A DNA stretch of 32,000 nucleotides from Puniceicoccales bacterium. GTDB lineage: Bacteria > Verrucomicrobiota > Verrucomicrobiia > Opitutales > JAIRLG01. The position numbers and the translations under genes were made by a program. The stretch spans positions 44,931-76,930 of the forward strand of contig JAITRB010000004.1 of the NCBI GenBank assembly GCA_031288595.1, read 5' to 3'. The notes below the pieces were generated by a model. That model was given only the letters and a program-made list of their open reading frames with translations, had not been told where the DNA came from and did not search any database. The stretch's first letter is position 1, and every line of letters starts with the position of its first letter. Of this stretch, positions 16,715 to 26,098 are shown in pieces.

Positions 16715-17665
16715 ATGGCCCAATCTGAAGAGGAAAAACTGATCATCGTCGGCAGCGGTTGTGCCGGGCTGAGCGCGGCCATCTATGCGGCCCGAGCCGG
16801 TCTGGAACCCCTGGTCATCGATGGGATCCAGCCGGGGGGGCAATTGACGACCACGAACCACGTGGAGAACTTTCCCGGCTTTCCGGATGGCATTTCTGGG
16901 TCAGAGCTCGTCTGGAACATGCGCCGGCAGGCCGAGAACTTCGGTGCGCGCTTCCGCTCAGATAACATCCGACAGTTACAGTTTTCAGCGGAGAGGAAAT
17001 ACTTGATAGGGGAGAGAGAGCCCCTGTCAGCCCAAACGGTCATCATGGCGGTGGGAGCGACCCCTCGGAAACTGGGCATTCCAGGGGAGGAAAAATTTTT
17101 CGGCGGCAGAGGCGTCAGCACCTGTGCCACCTGCGACGGGGCATTTTACCGCCATCGGGAGGTGGTCGTTATCGGTGGCGGTGATACCGCCTGTGAGGAT
17201 GCGCTGTTCCTCGCACGCCTCTGCTCGCGCGTCCACCTCGTGCACCGCCGTGACCGACTGCGGGCCTCAAAAATCATGGCAGAGCGGGTGATGGCCCACG
17301 AAAAGATCGCGGTTCTGTGGAACAGCATTCCCATTCGCATGGATGGGGAAGAGAGGCTCGCTTCCCTGCAGCTTCGACATGGGGAGACGCAGGAGGAGAA
17401 AGCCTTGCCCTGTAGTGCCGCCTTTCTGGCCATAGGCCAGGTACCCAATACGGCCCATTTCCGCAGCGACCTCCCACTCGATGAACGGGGCTACATTCTG
17501 GGAGAAGGGGTGAGGATTTCGAGACGGGAAGACCCGCAGAGCTACTTCGAAGGGATTTTTCGTGCCGGAGATTGTGCTGATCCATCCTACCGCCAGGCCA
17601 TTACGGCGGCGGCCATGGGTTGCCAGGCGGCGCTTGAGGCCGAACGCACTCTCGCCGGATTCTAG
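16715..17665 (+). CDS. trxB: Thioredoxin-disulfide reductase
   Basis: 316 aa. FAD motif IVGSGCAGLSAAIYAARA, redox-active CATCDG, NADPH motif VIGGGDTACEDA, GIFRAGD. Confidence 0.92.
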   Translation: MAQSEEEKLIIVGSGCAGLSAAIYAARAGLEPLVIDGIQPGGQLTTTNHVENFPGFPDGISGSELVWNMRRQAENFGARFRSDNIRQLQFSAERKYLIGEREPLSAQTVIMAVGATPRKLGIPGEEKFFGGRGVSTCATCDGAFYRHREVVVIGGGDTACEDALFLARLCSRVHLVHRRDRLRASKIMAERVMAHEKIAVLWNSIPIRMDGEERLASLQLRHGETQEEKALPCSAAFLAIGQVPNTAHFRSDLPLDERGYILGEGVRISRREDPQSYFEGIFRAGDCADPSYRQAITAAAMGCQAALEAERTLAGF

Positions 17666-17673
17666 ATCATCCT

Positions 17674-18696
17674 ATGGAGGCCAAACTGTCACTGAAAAAG
17701 GCCGCGGAAGCGGCAATAGACCCCTCTCTGAGACCGAAGGGCTTTGATGAGTTCATCGGCCAGAGGCGTACTCTGGAACGCCTGCGGGTCATGACCGGTG
17801 CGGCGCGGCAGCGCGGCGAGTCCTTGCGGCACGTGCTGCTGAGCGGCCCGCCGGGGCTAGGCAAGACGACCCTAGCGATGATTCTCGGTCGCGAGATGGG
17901 GACACAAACCCGCATCACCTCGGGACCGGTGATTGAAAAAGCTGGCGATTTAGCCGGATTGCTGACGAGTTTGGAGTCGGGCAATGTGCTGTTCATCGAC
18001 GAGATCCATCGCCTGCCACGAGCGGTAGAGGAATACCTCTATTCCGCGATGGAGGACTTCTGCATCGACATCCTGATCGATCAGGGGCCCCAGGCCCGCT
18101 CGATTCGCCTGGACCTGCCGAGATTTACCCTCGTCGGAGCGACGACCCGCACCGGCCTTCTGACCCCGCCGCTGCGCAGCCGCTTCACGCTCCAGACCCG
18201 TCTGGGCTATTACGAGGTCGGTGATCTGACCCAAATCGTCCGGCGCAGTGCCCGGCTCCTGCCGGTTGAAATCGACCAGGCCAGTGCCGAGGAAATTGCC
18301 CGCCGCTCGCGGGGAACGCCGAGGATAGCCAATAATCTCCTGGGCTTCGTCCGCGACTACTGCCAGCAACGGGAAAACCCTTCGATCGTTGTAACCCTGA
18401 CCCGGGAGGCTTTGGAGCTGCTGGAAATCGACGCTTCTGGTCTCGATGAGATGGACAAGCAGATCCTGAACTGCCTGGCGGAAAACTACAACGGGGGGCC
18501 GGTCGGCATCGGCACCCTGGCCGCCGCGATTGGCGAGGACCGGCACACGCTGGAGGAGGTACACGAGCCCTATCTGGTGCAGGAGGGCTATCTGCAGCGG
18601 ACACCGCAGGGACGCCTCCTGAGTGCCAAGGCCTGGGAAAAACTAGGACTGGAACCGCTGTCGCGGAGCTCGACCCAATCCGAGATTCACTTCTGA
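17674..18696 (+). CDS. ruvB: Holliday junction branch migration helicase RuvB
   Basis: 340 aa. LRPKGFDEFIGQ, Walker A GPPGLGKTTLA, Walker B LFIDEIHRL, GATTR, RGTPRIANNLL. Confidence 0.93.
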   Translation: MEAKLSLKKAAEAAIDPSLRPKGFDEFIGQRRTLERLRVMTGAARQRGESLRHVLLSGPPGLGKTTLAMILGREMGTQTRITSGPVIEKAGDLAGLLTSLESGNVLFIDEIHRLPRAVEEYLYSAMEDFCIDILIDQGPQARSIRLDLPRFTLVGATTRTGLLTPPLRSRFTLQTRLGYYEVGDLTQIVRRSARLLPVEIDQASAEEIARRSRGTPRIANNLLGFVRDYCQQRENPSIVVTLTREALELLEIDASGLDEMDKQILNCLAENYNGGPVGIGTLAAAIGEDRHTLEEVHEPYLVQEGYLQRTPQGRLLSAKAWEKLGLEPLSRSSTQSEIHF

Positions 18697-18764
18697 GGGG
18701 TGCTAAAGAACTTGACAGTGGCTGCTTTCTGCCCTCCTTAGGGAGGATAGGAAGGCTTATACAT

Positions 18765-19013
18765 TTGACCATGACCGGAGAGGAAATTCACAAGGTGATT
18801 TTGGACATCATTCGGGAAATCGCACCGGATCAGGATCTCTCACGGGTAAAGCCGGAGCTTCCACTGCGGGAGCAGTTGGATTTGGATTCGATGGATTTTC
18901 TGGACATCGTGATGGAGCTGCGCAAGCGCCATAACATCGAGGTTCCGGAAGCGGATTACCCACGCCTGGAGTCCCTGGATTCCTGCGCGGAATATTTGGC
19001 AGACAAGTTCTAG
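18765..19013 (+). CDS. Acyl carrier protein-like (phosphopantetheine-binding) protein
   Basis: 82 aa (TTG at 18765; alternative ATG at 18771). Four-helix ACP-like pattern with the attachment-site motif LDLDSMDFLDIV. Confidence 0.7.
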   Translation: MTMTGEEIHKVILDIIREIAPDQDLSRVKPELPLREQLDLDSMDFLDIVMELRKRHNIEVPEADYPRLESLDSCAEYLADKF

Positions 19014-19069
19014 CTCTAGCTCTTCCCCGAGGGAAAATTTCAGGAGACCCAAGGGCTAGGGAGGCTTAA

Positions 19070-19169
19070 GGTCGCCTTTGGAGCCTTCGGCTCCGGCCCG
19101 CTGCGCGGGCCCCGCCGAGGGGAAAGGGAAGAGAAATCTCTTCCCTTTCCCCTCGGCGTAAAGGCGACC
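19070..19169 (+). repeat. Four-way-junction palindromic element, copy E4 (orientation A)
   Basis: Closing stem 19070-19079/19160-19169 (GGTCGCCTTT/AAAGGCGACC). H1 19080-19094 GGAGCC-ttc-GGCTCC. H2 19095-19111 GGCCCGC-tgc-GCGGGCC. H3 19113-19158, 21 bp stem CGCCGAGGGGAAAGGGAAGAG-aaat-CTCTTCCCTTTCCCCTCGGCG. Lies 57 nt downstream of the ACP-like stop. Confidence 0.88.
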
Positions 19170-19280
19170 GACAAACAACGAAGCCTTTAGTATCCCACCA
19201 TTGCCTGAAGCAGCATCCATCGAGGCATTTCTCATTCCTTTGGGCTGGCCGATGGGAAAATTTTCCGAATTTTCCTAAAA

Positions 19281-19979
19281 ATGTTCGAAACTCCCGATTC
19301 GCTTCCCTGTATCGCGCTGCGCAGAATCCGGAAGGGATTTCGCATGCCCCAGGGACGGACGGAAATTTTACGCGACCTGTCCTTCTCCCTCTTTCCCCGC
19401 GACTCCGTTGGGATCAGCGGGACTTCCGGTGCCGGCAAGAGCACCTTTCTCAACATCCTGGCCGCCCTGGAGCTACCGGACAGCGGTGAGGTCCTCTGGA
19501 ATGGCGAGTCTATCCACACCTGGCCTAGCCGTGCGTTGGCCCGACGTCGGGCCTCTCAAATTGGCTTCGTCTTCCAGAGCTGCCACCTGGTACCGGAGCT
19601 GGATTTGCTGGAAAATCTTCTCCTGCCCTGCCGGATTTCCGGCCGGTGCCTTTCGGCCGATGGTTCCAAGAGGGCAGAATATCTCCTGGAGCGTCTGGGC
19701 CTCTCATCTCACCGGCACTCTCTGCCGATGGGCCTTTCCGGTGGTGAGCGCCAGCGGGTGGCCATTGCCCGGGCCTTCATGAACCATCCCCGCCTCATCG
19801 TCGCCGACGAGCCGACCGGCAATCTGGATGAATCCACCGGCGAACAGGTCATGCAGCTATTGGAAGACATGCGCCAAGAGGAGCAGACGGCGCTCCTCCT
19901 GGTCACGCACCATCTGCCCTTTTCTCGCCGCATGCAGCGCCAATATCAGCTGCATCAGGGCGTTCTCGCTCCTCTATGA
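19281..19979 (+). CDS. ABC transporter ATP-binding protein, LolD/MacB-type
   Basis: 232 aa. GTSGAGKSTFLNIL, LSGGERQRVAIARAF, IVADEPTGNLD, LLVTHH. No permease partner adjacent. Confidence 0.8.
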   Translation: MFETPDSLPCIALRRIRKGFRMPQGRTEILRDLSFSLFPRDSVGISGTSGAGKSTFLNILAALELPDSGEVLWNGESIHTWPSRALARRRASQIGFVFQSCHLVPELDLLENLLLPCRISGRCLSADGSKRAEYLLERLGLSSHRHSLPMGLSGGERQRVAIARAFMNHPRLIVADEPTGNLDESTGEQVMQLLEDMRQEEQTALLLVTHHLPFSRRMQRQYQLHQGVLAPL

Positions 19980-20044
19980 ACCCTGTCGATTAAAGAACAG
20001 GTCGATTTCAATTGGAGGACAAAGTCTGGAAATAATCATAGGAC

Positions 20045-20809
20045 TCACATGTACCTCCTCAAGAAGCGCCGGGTACGCTCGTCTTTGGGGGAGACGAAGA
20101 TCTCATCCTCGTCGGAAATCTCGACGATCTGTCCCTCTTCTATGTAGATGATGTAATCCGAGGCATCGCGGGCGAAGCGCATCTCATGCGTGACGATGAT
20201 CTGGGTCATCCCCTCGTGATCGAGATGACGCATGACCTCCAGAACCTCTTCCACCATACCAGGATCCAAGGCCGAGGTCGGCTCGTCGTAGAGCATCACC
20301 TTCGGCTGCATGGCCAGGGCCCGGGCGATGGCGGCCCGCTGCTTCTGCCCACCGGACAGGCTCCAGGGGCGGCGATGGGATAGACCGGACAGGCCGACTT
20401 TTTCCAGGAGCTCCATGGCCTTTTGCCTGGCGGTTTCATGGGCTTCCTTTTTGACGACGAGGGGAGCCAGCATGATATTTTCCAGCAGCGTCTTGTTGGG
20501 GAAAAGGTTGAAGGATTGGAAGACCATGCCGACCTGTTGGCGCAGAGTGTGGGCCCGATCGAAAAAATGCGCGTCGAGGGCCGAGCTCCTGTCGGGTCGC
20601 GAGAGCGTGATGCCGTCGATGCGGATGCTGCCGGCATCGAGGATGTCGAGGCAGTTCAGACAGCGCAGCAGCGTCGATTTTCCACAGCCGGATGGCCCGA
20701 TGATCGAGACGAGGTCGCCGGTCTCGATGACGAAGCTGACATCATCGAGGATGAGGCATTCGTCGTGGTACTTCTGAAGGTGCTGGACCGAGATCAGAGT
20801 TTCTGTCAT
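20045..20809 (-). CDS. Polar amino-acid ABC transporter ATP-binding protein (GlnQ/ArtP-like)
   Basis: 254 aa. GPSGCGKSTLLRCLN, LSGGQKQRAAIARALAM, MLYDEPTSALDP, VTHEMRFA. No permease or binding protein adjacent. Confidence 0.82.
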   Translation of the reverse strand: MTETLISVQHLQKYHDECLILDDVSFVIETGDLVSIIGPSGCGKSTLLRCLNCLDILDAGSIRIDGITLSRPDRSSALDAHFFDRAHTLRQQVGMVFQSFNLFPNKTLLENIMLAPLVVKKEAHETARQKAMELLEKVGLSGLSHRRPWSLSGGQKQRAAIARALAMQPKVMLYDEPTSALDPGMVEEVLEVMRHLDHEGMTQIIVTHEMRFARDASDYIIYIEEGQIVEISDEDEIFVSPKDERTRRFLRRYM

Positions 20810-20818
20810 GTCGGATGT

Positions 20819-21313
20819 CTAGGAAACCGAAGGGACATTTGGAGAAACTGCGGCACGGGAAGGAAGGAGCAGAAGGGCAGCGACGGCAATGCAGATGGCA
20901 GTGTCGGCAAGATTGAAGCTCGGCCAGCGATAGAAGGGCAGGTGGATGTCGATGAAATCCGTAACGCAGCCATAGCGCAGTCGGTCGAGAACATTTCCCA
21001 GGACTCCACCGCTCAGCAATCCGTAGATGAGGGGATGCGTCTTGATCGTCTTGGCATACTGCCAGAAAATCGCGGCGATGACCAGAAGGCCCAGAATGGC
21101 GAGTCCGCAGCTACAGCCCTGGCACAGTCCCCAGGCCGCACCGGTGTTTTGGGTATGGCCGATGGAGAACCAGTGTCCGAAAACCCGAAGGGGGTTCAGG
21201 TCCAATGCCTTGGAATGGGTCCTGATGTAGTGCTTGGTGATCCCATCAGCACTGAGCACACCTAGCAGGGTGAGGATGAAAGGAAAAAGGGGGCGCTTCA
21301 GAAGAAAGCTCAC
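20819..21313 (-). CDS. lspA: Lipoprotein signal peptidase (signal peptidase II)
   Basis: 164 aa with GTG start. NTGAAWG, GGVLGNVLDR, VTDFID, FNLADTAI. Confidence 0.88.
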   Translation of the reverse strand: MSFLLKRPLFPFILTLLGVLSADGITKHYIRTHSKALDLNPLRVFGHWFSIGHTQNTGAAWGLCQGCSCGLAILGLLVIAAIFWQYAKTIKTHPLIYGLLSGGVLGNVLDRLRYGCVTDFIDIHLPFYRWPSFNLADTAICIAVAALLLLPSRAAVSPNVPSVS

Positions 21314-21316
21314 GTC

Positions 21317-22045
21317 CTAAACCTCGGCTTCCTCTTCCTCATCGAAGAGGGCAGATTCCTCCAGGTCACCTGAGGAAATACTCTCGGTCACGTGGACGCG
21401 CTGCAGCCGAGCGTCTTGCCGTTCTTTTTCGTCCTTACCCTCCAGCGAGTAGCGCGTGAACGGAATGGCGAGCAGGCGTTCCGCCGCAATCGGTTTACCG
21501 GTGATCTCGCAGCGGCCGTAAGTGCCTTCGAATATGCGCCCGATGGCCCTGTCGATTTCCTTCAGAACTTCCGTCTCGTCCTCCATCAGGCTGAGGGCAA
21601 AATCCATATCGAAGTCGTCGATGGGCTCGACGGGTTCCTGTCCCTGAAGCTTCTGCTTCAGAGCGAACAGGCGTTCGTAGTGCTTCCTGAATGCCTCCGG
21701 CACCTCTTTCTCCTTTCCAGAAGAAGAAAGCGCTGAGTTCATCTGTGGATTGAAGCCGAGGAGCTCGGCGATGCCCGCGGCGGCGACGACCTTCGCCCGC
21801 ACGGCCGGAGGAGCAGGCGGTGGGACGTTTGCCGGCACCTTGGGCATAAAACGGCTCTCCTCGCCAGCTTCCGAATCGAGCTGTTGCGCTTCGGCGATGG
21901 CGGCGCGCACATCTTCCATCGTGAAGACCAATAAGTCCCGATGGCTGCGGTATTCCTGAACCTGTTTTCGTCGCCGCAGGATGCCGCTGACCGTGTCGCG
22001 ATGAAGGTTTTTTTTCAGATGAGAGGTGATCATGTGCAGGGACAT
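21317..22045 (-). CDS. DksA/TraR-family-like protein with a degenerate (one-Cys) zinc finger
   Basis: Track ORF extends to 22153 but overlaps the ileS 3' end. ATG at 22045 (or 22033) follows the ileS stop. The C-terminal segment IFEGTYGRCEITGKPIAAERLLAIPFTRYSLEG matches the DksA/TraR finger region with only the first Cys retained. The ileS-dksA-like-lspA order is known from other bacteria. Confidence 0.6.
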   Translation of the reverse strand: MSLHMITSHLKKNLHRDTVSGILRRRKQVQEYRSHRDLLVFTMEDVRAAIAEAQQLDSEAGEESRFMPKVPANVPPPAPPAVRAKVVAAAGIAELLGFNPQMNSALSSSGKEKEVPEAFRKHYERLFALKQKLQGQEPVEPIDDFDMDFALSLMEDETEVLKEIDRAIGRIFEGTYGRCEITGKPIAAERLLAIPFTRYSLEGKDEKERQDARLQRVHVTESISSGDLEESALFDEEEEAEV

Positions 22046-22059
22046 GGGACTGTACTTGG

Positions 22060-24858
22060 TTAAGAAAGACTGGCCTCTTCCAGCACTCGAAGACAGCGGC
22101 TGCAGATACTGGTGAATTTTCCAGCCGGGGCAAGATCTTCCCCACGGCGCCAACAGCGCGGGCAGCGCTCGCCAGGAGCTGGATAAATCTCAATTTCCGG
22201 TGCGTCGAGGCCCGGAGCTTCCTCGCAGTTGACCTTCGAGACGATGAAGTATTCCGACAAATCGGCTGCGTTTTCCTTTAAAAGGCGGAAGAGCTCCTCT
22301 TCGGCCGAACCGCGGATGAGCACCTGGGCATCGAGGGACTGGCCGATGATTTTCTCCTGCCGCATCCGCTCGAGCTTCTCGTGGATTTGGGAGCGGAAGT
22401 CCAAAATACGGTCGATGAGGCCTTCGATGGCCCTGTCTTCCGGGATGTCTTCCTCTTGCGGCCATTCGCTCAGGTGGATGGACTCCGTCTTGGGCCCGGT
22501 CTGGGCCTCGTGGGCCTCATCGCAGGTGAAACTGAGGATAGGGGCTAGCAGGCGAATCAGTATGTGGAAAATCTGCTGAATCGTGCTCTGGGAGGAGCGC
22601 CGCTTCGGCCATCGGCGGCCCAGGGTATAGAGCCGGTCTTTCAGGATGTCGTGGTACCGGGCCGATAGCTCGACGTGGCAGAAGTAACGGATATGTTGGT
22701 AGGCGCGGTGAAATTCGTAGTTCTCGAAGGCATCCGTCACCTGTCGGATGAGCCTCCTCGCCTTTTGGAGTATCCAGCGGTCGAGGGGCGTCCGATCGAG
22801 AAGGGCGACCGTATCTCTGGCCGCTTCGAAGTCGAAGAGATTGCCCAGTTGGAAGCGCAGCGTATTGCGAATCGTCCGATAGGTGGCGGTAACATGGCTG
22901 AAAATGTCATCGGAAAGCGGGATGTCGTCCCGAAAGTCCTCAGAGGCGATCCACAGGCGAACGACGTCGGCACCAAATCGCCGGACATAATCGTCGGCGG
23001 TCTGGGGCTTGCCATCGCTCTTGGAGATTTTCTTCCGGTCATCACCGACGACGAAGCCGTGGGTCAAAACGCTTCGATAGGGAGCTTGACCGTCGTTCGC
23101 GATGAGGCTTGTCCAGAGCGAGGATTGGAACCAGCCGCGGTGCTGGTCACTGCCTTCCAGGTAGAGGTCAGCCGGAAACTGCAGCGTCTCGTTCTTTTTC
23201 AGCACGGCATAGTGGCTGCTGCCGGAATCGATCCAGACGTCGAGGGTATCCTCCCCTTTGCGCAGATGCTCTCGGGACCAGGGCTTCGGGAGCTCGATGC
23301 CTTCCAGGATTTCCTCCGCGCTGGAGCGGAACCAGAAATCACTGCCGTACCGGCGGATCCTGTGGGCGACGGCGCGAATGACAGATGCATCCAGCAGTGC
23401 CTCGTCCTGCTCATTGAAAAAGACGGGGAGGGGAATCCCCCAGTTGCGCTGACGGCTGATGCACCAGTCCGGCCGCGAGCCTACGGCCCCGCGAATGCGG
23501 TTCTCTCCCCAGGGGGGAAGCCAGCGCACCTGCCCAATCGCCTCCAACGCCCGTTGCCGGAGATCCAGGTGATCGACGGAGAAAAACCATTGCTGCATGG
23601 CCCGAAAGATGAGCGGTGTTTTCGAGCGCCAACAGTGCGGATAGGAATGAGTGATCCTCTCGCAGGCCAGCAGATGAGCGTTGTCGCGCAATTTTTGGAC
23701 AACCGCTTCGTTGGCCGGAGAGCTATTTCCGGTTTCCAGAACGGAGAGACCGACCCAATCCGCTGGGATTTGCCCATCAGCGACATAACACCCCTCGTCG
23801 TCGATAGGGCTGTAGATCTCCAGCTGATAGCGCAGGCCGGTCTGGTAGTCCTCCAAGCCATGCCCAGGTGCGGTGTGGACGCAGCCACTGCCGGCCTCGG
23901 TCGTGACGTAATCCGCCAGAACGACAGGACTCTCCCGCACTAGAAAAGGATGCCGTGTGCGCAGGCCCTCAGCATCTTTTCCGGAAAACTTTTGGCCGAT
24001 GCGGTAGTTCGGAAGGGAACAGGCCTGGGCAAAGGAGGACGTGAGGGCCTCCGCGACGATGAATTTTCCCCTTTCGGAAACGATTTCGACGTAGTCGAGC
24101 GAGGGATGGAGGGCGATGGCCAGGTTGGCGGGGATCGTCCAGGGCGTAGTCGTCCAGATGACAAAGGCAGCCTCGTCAGAAATTCCGAGTTTCCGTGAGC
24201 GCTCGTCAGCGATGAGGGGGAAGGAGACCCAGAGGGCAAGGCTGTGGTGTGCCCTGTGCTCGACCTCCGCCTCCGCGAGGGCAGTCCTGCAGGGAATCGA
24301 CCAGTAGACGGGCTTCTGGCGGCGGTAGATGTAGCCCTGCTCCACCGCCTGGGCAAAAATTTCGAGAACGGAGGCCTCGTAGGCAGGATCCATCGTGCGG
24401 TACTCATGTTCCCAGTCCGCCAGAATACCGAGCCGTGAAAACTGCTGTCGCTGTCTGTCCCGAAACTTTTGGGAGAAGTCGGCACAGGCCCACCGCAGCT
24501 CGACGGCGGAGAGCTCGCGCTTTTCCTCGCGGATTTGTCGGGTCACTTTGTGCTCAATCGGCAGGCCGTGGCAATCCCAGCCTGGGACATAAGGCGTCCG
24601 AAAGCCCCGCATGGACTTGTAACGCAGGAGGATGTCCTTGAGAATTTTGTTCAGCGCGGTGCCGATATGAACATCCCCATTCGTGAAGGGAGGCCCGTCG
24701 TGCAGGACGAAGAGCGGGCCCTGCCGGTTCTTCTCCTGAATCTTCTCGTAGAGTCCTATGGCCTCCCAGCGGGCGATGCGCCTGGGCTCCTGCTCGGTTA
24801 GACTGGCCCGCATCGCGAAATTCGTCTGCGGAAGATTAAGGCTCTCCTTATGGTCCAC
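22060..24858 (-). CDS. ileS: Isoleucine--tRNA ligase (bacterial type 1)
   Basis: Track ORF starts at TTG 24876. GTG 24858 gives (M)DHKESLNLPQTNFAMRASL, which aligns with the canonical IleRS N-terminus. HIGT (HIGH) motif, KISKS (KMSKS) motif, C-terminal Cys cluster CPRCW...CSRC. Confidence 0.93.
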   Translation of the reverse strand: MDHKESLNLPQTNFAMRASLTEQEPRRIARWEAIGLYEKIQEKNRQGPLFVLHDGPPFTNGDVHIGTALNKILKDILLRYKSMRGFRTPYVPGWDCHGLPIEHKVTRQIREEKRELSAVELRWACADFSQKFRDRQRQQFSRLGILADWEHEYRTMDPAYEASVLEIFAQAVEQGYIYRRQKPVYWSIPCRTALAEAEVEHRAHHSLALWVSFPLIADERSRKLGISDEAAFVIWTTTPWTIPANLAIALHPSLDYVEIVSERGKFIVAEALTSSFAQACSLPNYRIGQKFSGKDAEGLRTRHPFLVRESPVVLADYVTTEAGSGCVHTAPGHGLEDYQTGLRYQLEIYSPIDDEGCYVADGQIPADWVGLSVLETGNSSPANEAVVQKLRDNAHLLACERITHSYPHCWRSKTPLIFRAMQQWFFSVDHLDLRQRALEAIGQVRWLPPWGENRIRGAVGSRPDWCISRQRNWGIPLPVFFNEQDEALLDASVIRAVAHRIRRYGSDFWFRSSAEEILEGIELPKPWSREHLRKGEDTLDVWIDSGSSHYAVLKKNETLQFPADLYLEGSDQHRGWFQSSLWTSLIANDGQAPYRSVLTHGFVVGDDRKKISKSDGKPQTADDYVRRFGADVVRLWIASEDFRDDIPLSDDIFSHVTATYRTIRNTLRFQLGNLFDFEAARDTVALLDRTPLDRWILQKARRLIRQVTDAFENYEFHRAYQHIRYFCHVELSARYHDILKDRLYTLGRRWPKRRSSQSTIQQIFHILIRLLAPILSFTCDEAHEAQTGPKTESIHLSEWPQEEDIPEDRAIEGLIDRILDFRSQIHEKLERMRQEKIIGQSLDAQVLIRGSAEEELFRLLKENAADLSEYFIVSKVNCEEAPGLDAPEIEIYPAPGERCPRCWRRGEDLAPAGKFTSICSRCLRVLEEASLS

Positions 24859-25064
24859 AAGTCCCCCAAAATGCAATCAGCGAGCGCAAGCTGTGCCTTT
24901 TGCTTTCCCTGTCAAGAAGAGAGACCTGTCCCTGCGCATTCTAACTAAATGGAGAAAATGAGCTTGTACTTTACTCGAACAAATCATTCAGAATAAGCTT
25001 TGCAATAGAAGATTCACGGTGGAGTTGTGCGAAAATATCCAGGCGCATTTAGGGAAACTTGCGA

Positions 25065-25094
25065 TTGGAAAGAAGGGTGGCGCGCTCATAAAAT
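25065..25094 (+). promoter_or_regulatory. Candidate sigma70-type promoter for clpP
   Basis: TTGGAA (25065-25070), 18 nt spacer, TAAAAT (25089-25094), about 110 nt upstream of the clpP ATG. Hexamer match only. Confidence 0.25.
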
Positions 25095-25206
25095 GTACAA
25101 TTTTCCCGGAGAACGGGTAGAATCGAGAAATGGCATTGTCTTGACGGAAGAACTTCCTTGTTTTTCTGGAAAATACAACGGAATAGCAAAACGGCGAGAG
25201 GAAGCG

Positions 25207-25833
25207 ATGAAAACAGGAGCAGGGTCATATTTCCAAAATAAGGCCGAGGAAGAGGATGAGGAGGAAGAGAGGCCCGTGCCGGAGGCGGCGGCGGCCATGA
25301 TCCAGAAATGTTTCCTTCAGGAGAGAAAGATCTTTCTCTGGGGCAGAATCGACGATGCATCGGCGAAGGATGTGACGGAAAAGATGCTCTATCTGGAGCT
25401 GAAGGAGCCGGGCAAACCCATCCAGTTCTTCATCGATACGCCCGGGGGCTCGGTCACCTCCGGCATGGCGATCTACGACACGATGCAGTTGATCCGCTCG
25501 CCCATTCAGGTCGTCGTCACGGGATTAGCGGCCAGCATGGGATCCATCCTCCTGTCGGGAGCGCCCAAGGGCCAGCGCCTGTTGTACCCGAGTGCTCGGG
25601 TTCTGATCCATCAACCTTTGATCGCGGGGCGCTTCCGGGCCCAGGCTGTCGACATCCACATCCAGGCGCAGGAGATGGAGAAGACCCGCGACGAGTGCAA
25701 CCGCATCCTGGCTGCGGCTTCCGGTCAGCCACTGGAGAAAATCCAAAGAGATACGGATCGCGACTTCTACATGAACGCCAAAGAGGCCATTGCCTATGGT
25801 CTGGCCGACGCCATCGTCGAACGCCTGTGGTGA
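25207..25833 (+). CDS. clpP: ATP-dependent Clp protease proteolytic subunit with a non-canonical acidic N-terminus
   Basis: Track ORF starts at GTG 25027. ATG 25207 is preceded by GAGAGGAAG. Catalytic triad contexts GLAASMGS, IHQP and DTDRDFYM. N-terminus is MKTGAGSYFQNKAEEEDEEEERPVPE instead of the usual ClpP pore-loop sequence. Confidence 0.85.
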   Translation: MKTGAGSYFQNKAEEEDEEEERPVPEAAAAMIQKCFLQERKIFLWGRIDDASAKDVTEKMLYLELKEPGKPIQFFIDTPGGSVTSGMAIYDTMQLIRSPIQVVVTGLAASMGSILLSGAPKGQRLLYPSARVLIHQPLIAGRFRAQAVDIHIQAQEMEKTRDECNRILAAASGQPLEKIQRDTDRDFYMNAKEAIAYGLADAIVERLW

Positions 25834-25857
25834 TGTGGTAATTCGATGGCGAGAAGC

Positions 25858-25887
25858 TGAGACTTTGGGGAGTGAGACTTTGGGGAG
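25858..25887. repeat. Perfect tandem duplication, 2 x 15 nt (TGAGACTTTGGGGAG)
   Basis: 25858-25872 and 25873-25887 are identical. Located 25 nt downstream of the clpP stop. Confidence 0.9.
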
Positions 25888-25931
25888 CTTTTTCACGAAG
25901 CCCAGAGGCTCGTCCTAAATCTGAGGGAAAA

Positions 25932-25963
25932 GCATAGCCGCCACGAGAATAATCTGTCACGAG
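25932..25963. repeat. Perfect tandem duplication, 2 x 16 nt (CACGAGAATAATCTGT)
   Basis: 25932-25947 and 25948-25963 are identical. Located in the clpP/sctU convergent spacer. Confidence 0.9.
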
Positions 25964-26082
25964 AATAATCTGTCGACACCCAGAAAATCCTTCTCGCCCA
26001 GTTGCGGAGAGGAGAAACACGACAGAGAGGAAAAATACGAAATAATCGCATCCACTCCACGCATCCATGCGCCCATACCAGA

Positions 26083-26098
26083 CATAATATATATTATG
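26083..26098. other. 16 bp perfect AT-rich palindrome CATAATATATATTATG
   Basis: CATAATAT is the reverse complement of ATATTATG. Located in the clpP/sctU spacer, well below the local GC level. Confidence 0.85.

Noticed and set aside
18741..18754. Small hairpin CCTCC-ttag-GGAGG after ruvB as a terminator.
   Set aside because: The stem is only 5 bp with no U-tract. The GGAGG half is more likely the ribosome-binding region of the ACP-like gene.
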